Assembly: GCF_041146345.1 (NCBI RefSeq)
Contig: NW_027191414.1
Coordinates: forward strand, 1,054,001 to 1,118,000
From: Neodothiora populina
Taxonomy: Eukaryota
Direction of reading: 5' to 3'
Length of the DNA stretch: 64,000 bases
How positions within the stretch are numbered: position 1 is the first letter of the stretch; each line of letters begins with the position of its first letter. Under the pieces are notes generated by a model that was given only the letters and a program-made list of their open reading frames with translations, was not told the origin of the DNA and made no database searches. Shown piece after piece: positions 54,435-64,000 of the stretch. A program made the position numbers and the translations under genes.

Positions 54435-55253
54435 ACGACAAGGACACAACCTGTGCGCAAGGGAACAGATCCTGTTCGCGGCATGCACCTTACACTCACG
54501 AAGTAAATGGAGGAACGGGGGGCCCGAAATCGGAGTGTCTCTTTTTCCTATCTAGATGTGTAATAATGAATGACAAAATTACGAATACTTTGAGTAGTCG
54601 TCGCAACGAATAACACGTCAGCTGCATGTGATGATTGTCGTACCCCTCTGCCGTTGAGTACGTGGGGTACAGGAAGCATCATGGTTTCTGGCAACGGTGT
54701 ACTGGCATGTGCTGCATCTGTCTCGTAGGGTGTTTTAAGATGACACGGTAGACATAAAAGGATGAATAATGGTCGGCTGCCACTGGCGACACGTCCGGTG
54801 CCTTGGCGCGCCAGTAGGGGTGTCAAACGCATCCGTTTAAGGCCCACTTGTGTACAGTATGTTTATACCTCGTCAGGAGGACAATAACCGTCGCGGCGGG
54901 ATGCTCTGGAAAAGACCGCCCTTTGGCGGCCGCCTTTGACTTTGATTTGCTTGTTGGATTTTCCAGAGGAGACAAAAAAAAAGTAGAAAGCAGTGACGCC
55001 GTCGTCCGAGTCCACTAAACGTTGAACACCGCCTTAGATCGTCGGCGATACTAAAAAACCGCGATATCTAATGAGAGGAGGACGAACGTCATCTTCAATA
55101 CACAGCTGTGTGTAGAGGTAGCCTGCACAGGGCATACCCTACCCAAGGAGGAGGAGGAATAATCTCGGGTCCTGGTGCTGGCAGACAGACCAGACCGAAA
55201 CACTGGACACACTGCGTGCAAGACGTACAATTTAGAGAAAGAACGACAAAGAC

Positions 55254-56348
55254 ATGTCACACATGGCCCAATCAAGGGGTTCCACGGCGACCATGACAAC
55301 AACGACGCAGTCATCAGGTCAGCCCATCCGCCGTCGCCGACCGCAGACTCTCGAGGCCAAGATAGTCGTCCTCGGCGCTCAGAATGTAGGCAAAACTTCT
55401 CTCGTGCATCGACTCGTCCATTCTACTTTCTTGCCTCCATCCACGCCGTCCACAGTCGGCGCTTCTTTCCTTACCACCCGCGTCAATGATCCCGAGAGTG
55501 ACACAGACATAAGACTACAAATCTGGGACACGGCCGGCCAGGAGCGCTTCCGCTCAATAAGCAAGTTGTATTATCGAGGTGCTCATGCTGCTGTGCTATG
55601 CTACGACATCACCTCTGCCAGGTCCTTTGAGGACATGGGCGTCTGGCTCAGAGAGCTCAGGGAAAAGGCCACGCTGACCGATGGCCAAGACGACATCATC
55701 CTGCACGTCGTGGGCACAAAGTCGGACGTCGTCGCCGAAGACCCAAGCAAGAGGGAGGTGCCCTTTGAGCGATGCATAGGCTACGTCGCCGAACAGTTGT
55801 ATCCCGACATAGTCGCGCCCCAAAACGCAGACGAAAAGGACGAGCGCAGAGGTCGATCTGCCGGCGGCGGCGCGAGACCTGCCTCGAGCAGGCCGGCGAG
55901 TATGCTGTTCAATTCTCCACCAGCCACATCGCACAGCGCCCTCACCACAGCGGCGCTTGCGAGTCCTCACAGTAACCGCAGCTCTGGCTTCTGGGGCCAA
56001 GAAGCCATCTGGGACTGCTGCCATGAGATCTCCGCCAAGGACGGCGAGGGCATCGAGGAGGTCTTCCGAGTCATCACGAGGAAGCTCGTCGAGCGGCATC
56101 AGCGTCGCATGGACAAGCAGAGAGCCATCGAGGCAACCATGGGGATTACACCCGGTCTCAACGGAGACGCCCAGAGCTATTTCGATCTACCTGGCGGCGG
56201 CGCGGGCAGTTTCAGACTCGGCCACGGCGACAAGAGACGAAGCTGGCTGGGTTTCCCCGCCACCCCTGCTGGGCCTGGCAGCTTCAATAACGACGTCGAG
56301 CAAGACATACATGAGCGTGTCACCAGAAATAAAGGCAGATGTTGTTGA
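55254..56348 (+). CDS. Rab-family small GTPase, Rab24/Rab5-group-like, with a long G4-G5 insertion and C-terminal CC
   Basis: G1 GAQNVGKTS, STVGASF effector loop, WDTAGQE, YYRGAHAA, GTKSD, EISAK, terminal GRCC. Confidence 0.88.
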   Translation: MSHMAQSRGSTATMTTTTQSSGQPIRRRRPQTLEAKIVVLGAQNVGKTSLVHRLVHSTFLPPSTPSTVGASFLTTRVNDPESDTDIRLQIWDTAGQERFRSISKLYYRGAHAAVLCYDITSARSFEDMGVWLRELREKATLTDGQDDIILHVVGTKSDVVAEDPSKREVPFERCIGYVAEQLYPDIVAPQNADEKDERRGRSAGGGARPASSRPASMLFNSPPATSHSALTTAALASPHSNRSSGFWGQEAIWDCCHEISAKDGEGIEEVFRVITRKLVERHQRRMDKQRAIEATMGITPGLNGDAQSYFDLPGGGAGSFRLGHGDKRRSWLGFPATPAGPGSFNNDVEQDIHERVTRNKGRCC

Positions 56349-56774
56349 CACCGCCACGCTCGAATACAGTACCGCCGACTACTGCGCATTCATGAGATTA
56401 ACGGCAGGCATCGTGCTGCGGAAGACGGACGAGGAACGACTCAGTGTTTCGGGCTATTATTGTGTGTTTGCATTTTGAAGATTATTACAGCATACGGCGT
56501 TATTTCTTCTGGCTCGGGTTTGCATGTTACGGGAATGTTTTTGTGCTTTTGTTGTCTGGACGACATGCAAGACAGGCAGGTTACACGGCATGCATTGATT
56601 AATATTCGCTTCACATTATCCCCCGTTTTTCTTGATTTTCCTTTTTTTTCTTTACCTCTTTTCCATTTTCGAACTCAGCGCTGCCTGATTTTACTTTTCG
56701 CGGTATTTCGGAATTATTACATGCATTATAGACAAAGTAAAAGCCTTTGTACTCCGTACTATACCTTGGTTTCT

Positions 56775-57081
56775 CATCCTGACATATGTCTCACACGGTG
56801 CCACAACTCGAGGTAGCTCGTGGCTGAAGCGAGCCACATGCAGAGATGATCTTACGGCGCATCCTGGTGATGATCGATGTGTTCGCAGGTCTTTGTCTTT
56901 GACATTGGACTGCCAAACCTGCATCCAGACACACATCTCATGCTTTGCCACAAATCGAAGAGTCCGGTGGCTGAAGCGAGCCGCATGCAGACACATTATT
57001 GGAGCCCGTCTCAGTGGCGGTCGACCACCTCCGCATGCCCTTTTTGTTGAATACAGAGCTGCCAAACTCGAATACAGTCAC
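56775..57081. repeat. Degenerate 147-bp tandem repeat, two copies plus a partial third
   Basis: GTGGCTGAAGCGAGCC(A/G)CATGCAGA at 56820 and 56967; CATCC.GACA at 56775 and 56922; CTGCCAAAC at 56910 and 57059. Confidence 0.85.
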
Positions 57082-59517
57082 GAGGGTACCGACTCCGTGT
57101 GACATGATCTTGGTCCGCTAACATTCGTCCAAAGGATCGCCTGACTGACAGATAACTCGTTCGACGTTCGCGAAACCTGGATTGCAAATCAGAAAGGCGC
57201 ACCTTGAGTCAGGGTACACTTTCATAAAGGGCCTATTATGGGACCGACAAGTGTCAAAGACGGCAAGACGGCCATCATTTCGCTTCGAAGAAATAAACAG
57301 GCAACGCCGGAAACTCTCCGCGCAGGTATTGTATTGCACCGTACCTTGCATACAAAACTCTCCACCCTTGCAATCCAGCAGTCGGTAGCTCGAGAGATGT
57401 AGAAAGGCCAATGGACCCATGTCGGAAAGGTGAGGGTCTGCAGTAGCTTGAAGAATGTACTTTTGTCGAATTCGCATCCATGAACCAACCATGTTCCTCT
57501 GGCGCAAACGGGCTGGTCAGGTCTTGATCCTGCTATACTTCTTACTTTGTACGGTTTTGCTTTTCTCGAAAAACTCCCCGATAACATCTCATGCTGTTCT
57601 AGCGCTGATAGGAGTTGTGACATGTCATCGAATCAATGTTGCGACTGAACTTATTTGCGTATAGTGACTTTTCCACACCAATTGCAAGACTTGTGCTTGA
57701 AGAAATGGTTATACGAACGATTCACCTTTCCGGCGCAAAAGCACGGCAGGTAGTAGTCGAGCGGGAGGTTTAGTCTATATGCACGAACGTTGAGAAGTGG
57801 TCAACGACTCCGGAAGGCGGGGAACCGAAACAAGACGACATGTCCCAAACATCAAGATTCAATAAACACGAAACCTCTCACAACAAGTGATGCAGACTGC
57901 GCATTACAGTCAAAGTGCCGGGTATTCTTTACCTTCCTGGGGTCTACAACGTACCCTCACTGAATCATGCCTCTCACCCGTATGCTGGGTAGAGAAACCA
58001 AAGTAATGGAAAATCAGGCTGGATAAAACGTTTGTAGACCTGCATTGCGTTTCAACCACTCGTGGACGTGCGTGCAGTGTAACCAGCAACACGATCTCGC
58101 TGACATATCCCAACCCTTGTATATAGTCCTGCAAGCCCCAGCGCGCGCGCACTCAGCAGCCAGCCGCCGTCGCCGCCGGTGCTTGCCGCGTGGGACACAC
58201 ATGTACGTACAGAGAGGCTTATTGTTGTCCCACACTGAATCCCATCGTCCCTCCCAAAGGGCTGGGAGAAGGTTGACGAGATCACGGATGGCGGCATTTC
58301 CTTGTAGACTTTTCGAATATCGAGCGGAGATTATCTGGTCCACTCACATCTGGCTTTTGTCAGGATATTGAGATCGAATCATAAGACGTCATGTCCGCTT
58401 GAGATCAAGGCACCAACCGAAGTAGGATGAACATCCTGGACGATTGCAACAGTGACCTTGCCAATTTGGAGACGAGGGCGTTATGGTGCAAACCGGCCTC
58501 GTTCCTCTATGCTCTTCTCTCACTCTCAAAGCACTAGGTATTGCGCTCTTTTGTGTCTGGCATTAATTATATTGCGTGCTGTGAATGTCTGACGTAGACA
58601 TGATTTCCGGCAGTGCGGTGTTGCTCAGTCGTGACGTCTGACACAGCAACCAATGCGCGATACTCTGGATGGGTAAAGCATCGTCCTTTATTCTGATTCG
58701 CCATAGGACGATCTCAAGGACAAAATAAGCTTGCAGCATCGAGCATTGCACGTGCATTAGTCTGTGTTCTCGACCGTATGCATCGAGCTAAAGAAGAATG
58801 CGTACCTTGCTACCATACATGGTTTGTTGTTCAGCGGCGGCACCTCTTTCCTGAAAGCGCTATGGCGGGATAGCATTGGGCCAGAGGCTTTCTCACTGTC
58901 ATGGCAAAGTACCATGTCATCACACGGACGAGCGCCGAGATACCCAGATAGCCTTTGTGGCTGCCAGAGAGCTTGTCCACCTTCTGTGCATACAACCTGC
59001 GTTCTTGCAACCAAAGCCGGGGTGAACAGATGCTAATCCCTGTTGGACATGGCCCCAATCCAGATGTTGACACACCATTTGACATGCGGATCAGGTCTCC
59101 TCTGACAACACTAATGCACCTCGTTACTTCGACAAAGCTCTAGTGCCATCCTGCTCTGTTGCGGTAGCCACGAGGTATCCACAACATCGTCTCGATGCCG
59201 TCCATCTGGATGTGCTGGAGGCGACCTCGTGTCATGGGTGCCGACTGCCGTCTACAGTATGTATAGTCCCAACCTCTCTCTTTCTTTTGTTTCGAAGGGC
59301 TCCAGCGTAGACTTCTTTTTTTGAAGTGCACTCCTTTCCATACACTCGTTCCCTATCTGTTCAGATTTCTTTCATTCTCTCACGAGAAGAAGTAAAAGTT
59401 CATCCACTATCGTTCTACCTCATTTCCACGCAGGTAATAGAGCATACCTGAGCACATCTATCCCTGTGGCGCTTATAATACTGGCTGTTTGAGCAAGATA
59501 TTTGCTCAAAGTCCGCT

Positions 59518-61607
59518 ATGATGGCGAGCCTGACCAACCTTCTCCTCTTGACTGTGCTTCCATCTGCGCTAGCATGGAAGTCACCACTCCATTACAAGAG
59601 GAACTACAACACTACCGCTGTAGGATTAGAGCACCCTGTTTCGGCTAACTATACGGGCGTCTGGGGTCACCGTCTCCCCCAGGCTCAGACGAATGGTATG
59701 AATAAAACCTGACACTATACAAGTCGATCAAAAAGCTCACTTATTCTCTTAGGCCAAAGTACTTGGGGTGAACTCGACCATGCTCCTCTCGCACCCTTCT
59801 GTGATGGACCTCTGAAGGATGGCACTCCTTGGGGTGCTAAGGGCGTCAATGACACAAACCCTTACGATGACAGCAATGTACCTTACACGGGCATGACTCG
59901 TTACTACTCTTGGACTATCACGAACACCACCCTTGCTCCCGATGGAGTCGAGATGCCGATGATTGTCGTGAACAATCAGTACCCAGGTCCTCTTATCGAG
60001 GCCAACTGGGGAGATTGGATCGTTGTCGAGGTGACTAATGGTGAGTATTGTGTTCTTCTCCGTCGGGTCTGTCTAAACATTGGCTAATGGACCAAAGGCC
60101 TCGATATCGAGGGTACTGCCCTCCACTGGCACGGCTTTCTGCAGACTGGCACGCCATTCTATGACGGTGTCCCAGGCATCAGTCAATGCCCTATTCCTCC
60201 TGGCAAGTCGTTCACCTACCGCTTCCGTGCCGAGCTATACGGCACTTCGTGGTGGCACGGCCACTACAGCGCTCAATACATTCAAGGTCTTGCTGGTCCA
60301 ATGGTTGTCCATGGCCCCAAGAGCGATGACTATGACATTGACCTTGGTCCTGTCATGCTCACTGATTGGTTCCACGCTTATTACCAGAATTTATTGGAGC
60401 AAGTCTACCATGCGTCGGAGGCAGGACCCATCCTGCCACCAATGGCCAACAACATGCTTATCCAGGGCAAGGGAGACTACGTCTGCAACAACACTAACTT
60501 GACGTGTACCCCCGACGCCGGAAAGGCTCAATTCAGATTCCAATCCGGCAAGAGACACCGTCTTCGCCTGATCAACCACGCCGCCGAGGCTTTGATCTTC
60601 TTCAGTATCGATGGATACAATATGACAGTCATCGCCAACGATTTTGTCGCTGTCGAACCTTACACTACTAATCTCATCAAGCTCGGTGTTGGTCAACGTA
60701 CAGATATTGTGGTCACCGGCAAGGACGACCCGACTGAGTCTGTTTGGATGCGTATCACCGAAGGACCTTCTGGTCTCGGACCTGCTGGCGCAACAGGATG
60801 TAGCTTGAACGACGGTCTGTCCTTCGAGGTCACTGCTCCAATCTACTACGAGGACGCAGACATTGGCGTTCCACCCAACACCACCACCGAGATCGATTCC
60901 TCGCTGTACTTGTTCCCTCTGAACTGCGCCAACGAGCCGCTCGAGAACACTGTTCCCGCATTCGCCATCCCGGTCAAGAAGCCAGATACCACCCTCAACT
61001 TCCTCATGACCGGCGGCGACAACGCAACGGGCGAGTTTGTGTGGTACATGAACAACATCACCTTCCTCGGAGACTACAACGATCCCACTCTGCTGGAGCA
61101 AAAGCTCGGCAATCTTAATTTTCCTATCGAACGTCAAGTGTACAACCTGGGCAATGCAACTTCGGTGCGCATCGTCATGACCAGCGTCGGCTTCCCTGCC
61201 TCTCACCCGATGCACATCCACGGCCACAACATGCAGGTTCTGGCCGTCGGAGAAGGGTCCTGGGACGGATCGACGATCGTCAATCCTAGCAACCCCCAGC
61301 GTCGTGACACCCAGCTTATCCCTCCGGCTGGATATCTCGTCATTCAGTATGACTTGGACAACCCCGGCATGTGGCCATTCCATTGCGTAAGTATCTCCAT
61401 TGAGTTCCGAGTTGTAACGAAACAAAGAGAGCTGACAGATGTCGATTACAGCACGTCGCATGGCACATCTCCGAAGGCATGAACGTCAACATCATCGACC
61501 CGGGCATCGAGAACGTGGACTTCCCCTACTCGATCGCGCAGACGTGCAGAGATTGGTCGGACTGGACGGGAACGCACGTCGTCAACCAGATCGACTCTGG
61601 GTTGTAA
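59518..61607 (+). CDS. Secreted laccase / multicopper oxidase (AA1); exons 59518-59695, 59753-60040, 60098-61386, 61452-61607
   Basis: Signal peptide; L1 HWHG, L2 WWHGHY, L3 HPMHIHGH, L4 HC|HVAWHISEGM; ascomycete C-terminal DSGL plug. Confidence 0.94.
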
Positions 61608-62766
61608 ACGGGTTCTGACTTTTCTTTTTCTTTCACTTGTCCCTTGGAATTGTAATTTTTTTCACTTCACTCTATATGGATGACGAGATGACCGTGTTGT
61701 TTTATTCAATCTTAGGGTGGAAGGCTCAAAAACGGTGGATCCGATGCTTGGTGCTGCTACTACTACTGTTGCTGCTGTAATCGGTATCTAATTCCATAAG
61801 GACGAATCTACGAACAAGACAAATCTATTTGCTTGTTGTCTTTTATACTCTTTGTATACACAAAACAAGCTCCTGTGCTTTCAAGAAGTAACATGATAGT
61901 GTCGCACGATGACAATTCTACCGGCCTCATCGAGTCAGCTTCAGGGATCTTCTGTTCTTTCAGTCTCGGTTGCGGTGCTGTCATGCGTAGCTTAGGTCCA
62001 GAGACATCAGATCACGGCACAGTGAGTGGGTACGGAAGCAAGGGTGGATTAACATGACTCTACTCCTCTACTTCTTCTCTTTTCTTTTTCTTGCACGAGG
62101 AAGTCTCACATGCTCACACTTTGACGTGTAGTAAGTAGTCTGTTCAAAGACCTTGCAAGCATGCATGCATACACACATACATACATACTGTACATACACG
62201 GACTGGGCTGGGCTGGGGATGGGGCTGGTCAGTCTCCCCGCAGCTGTTTGTCATGGAAACCCGCACACGTAATTGTATGCATCTGCATCTCTACCCTGCA
62301 TCTTGCCTAGCCACCTGTCTGCTCTTCAATCTCGGTATTCGATCTACTGTACCGTTGCCCACGACAGATGAAGACACAGCTGTTCGATACGCGGGTCATG
62401 GCAGATGAGTAGTTGGTGAGGCTTGGTATTCGTACCCTAGCTTTCGTTTCCTTCATCACGATGAATCATCTTCTGTACGTTCGGTTGTTTGTTATGCCGA
62501 AGTGATGATGAAGTGATGATGATAGGTAGCCGAGTCGAGTCGAGTCGTCGGTGACTTGACTTGACTTGATTAGAGTGCCTTCCTTCCCGAAGCGGCAACT
62601 TGATTACCGCGAGCTCTCACAGATTCCTTGGCGAAGCGAGCGAGACGCCATCTAACTACAGTAGAACGCGTCTTGCCATCTCTTCTCGGAACAAGCAAAA
62701 TCGACAAGCACTTCCTGCCCTCCACACCATCCCACAAGAGATACCGCACGACGGCATCGACGGCAA

Positions 62767-63972
62767 ATGCCCCTCATCATGGACCCGGCCGACGACCCAG
62801 ACACAACAGCCATAGCAACAGACGCCTACGCCGAAGACGACGAAGGCCTAGAAGGCGCCTACAACCACACGCACCGCGCCTTCCTGCAGTCCCTCCTCCC
62901 GCGGGGCAGCGTAACCCACGCGCAAGCCAAGGCGCTCCTGGCAGCATGTCTGAGTGCTGCATCGACATGGCCAGGCCGCGAGACGCTGCCGAATGATGTC
63001 GTGGACGACGAGTTGGCGGCGCACATCAGTGCTGTGAACGCCGCTATCTCGCCCTTTGATCTGGAGGTCAGGAGCACGGTGGCGCAGACGGCGGGTTTGG
63101 CAAACGCTACGGAAGAGCGGCCGGAGAGGATATATGCGCTTGTGAACACTACTAGCGATGCGATTACGCAGCTTGCGACGATACACACTCCGGACGAGAT
63201 TGCGTTTGTCAAGCGCGTGCTGGACGAGATGTTCATTACCAACTGCGCGCGGAGAGCAGAGGTCTATGCTGTCGAGGGCATCAAGGCCGTGAATTGCAAT
63301 ACTGTTCCTTCGGCGAGAGATAGACAGCAGAATGCATCGACGACTGTCGTCGAGTCGGACAACGAAACAGCTGCGCCGACGCCACAAGCAGGACACACGC
63401 AATCGATAACAAAACATCAAGCCGCAACGCTGCTAGATACCCTCGTCGCAGAGTCGTGGTTCAGCGTGGTCCGCCCCTCCAACACCTCGGCCAAGAAATT
63501 CTACACCCTGGCTCCGCGGGCATTAATGGAACTCCGCGGCTGGCTTACAGACACGTACAACGATGACGACGAATCCGACGTCGACCAAGACGGAAACAAC
63601 TACCAGACCAGAAGAATCAAGTTCTGCGCCGCCTGCAGAGATATCCTGACCGCCGGCCAGCGCTGTCCGGATCTCGACTGTCCCGCTCGCCTGCACAATC
63701 ACTGCACCGCCACCATGTGGCGCAGTCAGGCGGGCAAAGAGGAGTGTCCTGTGTGTCGCAAGCAGTGGGTTGCGTTCGGTTTCGTGGGTGTCAAGGCCGC
63801 GGTTACGACTGCGTCTGCTGCTGCGAGGAGACGGAATGGGGAGGGGAATGCTGGTGATGCTGCGAGTAGGAGGACGAGCGGGCTGGATAGACTTGACGGC
63901 GTCGAGTCTGGTGGTGATGCTCCTGATGGAGATGAAGAAGAAGAAGAAGAAGAAGAAGAAGACGAAGAGTGA
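62767..63972 (+). CDS. NSE1: Smc5/6 complex non-SMC element 1 (winged helices and RING-like)
   Basis: YNHTHRAFLQ, YALVNTTSDAITQLAT..DEIAFVKRVLD, LAPRALMELRGWL, CAACRDI..CPDLDCPARLHNHC..CPVC. Confidence 0.9.
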   Translation: MPLIMDPADDPDTTAIATDAYAEDDEGLEGAYNHTHRAFLQSLLPRGSVTHAQAKALLAACLSAASTWPGRETLPNDVVDDELAAHISAVNAAISPFDLEVRSTVAQTAGLANATEERPERIYALVNTTSDAITQLATIHTPDEIAFVKRVLDEMFITNCARRAEVYAVEGIKAVNCNTVPSARDRQQNASTTVVESDNETAAPTPQAGHTQSITKHQAATLLDTLVAESWFSVVRPSNTSAKKFYTLAPRALMELRGWLTDTYNDDDESDVDQDGNNYQTRRIKFCAACRDILTAGQRCPDLDCPARLHNHCTATMWRSQAGKEECPVCRKQWVAFGFVGVKAAVTTASAAARRRNGEGNAGDAASRRTSGLDRLDGVESGGDAPDGDEEEEEEEEEDEE

Positions 63973-64000
63973 AAAGGTCTGCTTGTTCGATTCTTTTTCG

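Overview
Gene-dense window of a filamentous ascomycete nuclear genome (Pezizomycotina; probably Dothideomycetes, an impression only). Introns are mostly 50-100 nt GT-AG with CTAAC/CTGAC-type branch sites. I can support 22 protein-coding genes, spliced by eye: rhodanese-PTP phosphatase, a conserved hypothetical protein, Tyr-type DAHP synthase, GOT1, an asteroid/XPG-like PIN protein, a Gfo/Idh/MocA dehydrogenase, a PA-TM-RING ligase, an ECM13-like protein, NAN1/UTP17, RPB10, TOM6, NoxR, CCS1, MRPL23, uricase, Rictor, a LON-RING ligase, EMC10, an FGGY kinase, a Rab24-like GTPase, a laccase and NSE1. RPB10 and TOM6 are missing from the ORF track. I found no tRNA, rRNA, intact transposon or CRISPR array, and no convincing wholly new multi-gene system. 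The best leads are a CaaX motif on a separate terminal exon of the LON-RING ligase, six TGACTC sites ahead of the ECM13-like gene, a NoxR-CCS1-uricase redox neighbourhood with a diverged NoxR, two degenerate tandem duplications in gene-free gaps, and intergenic enrichment of TACWGTA. All family calls come from motif recognition, not database searches.
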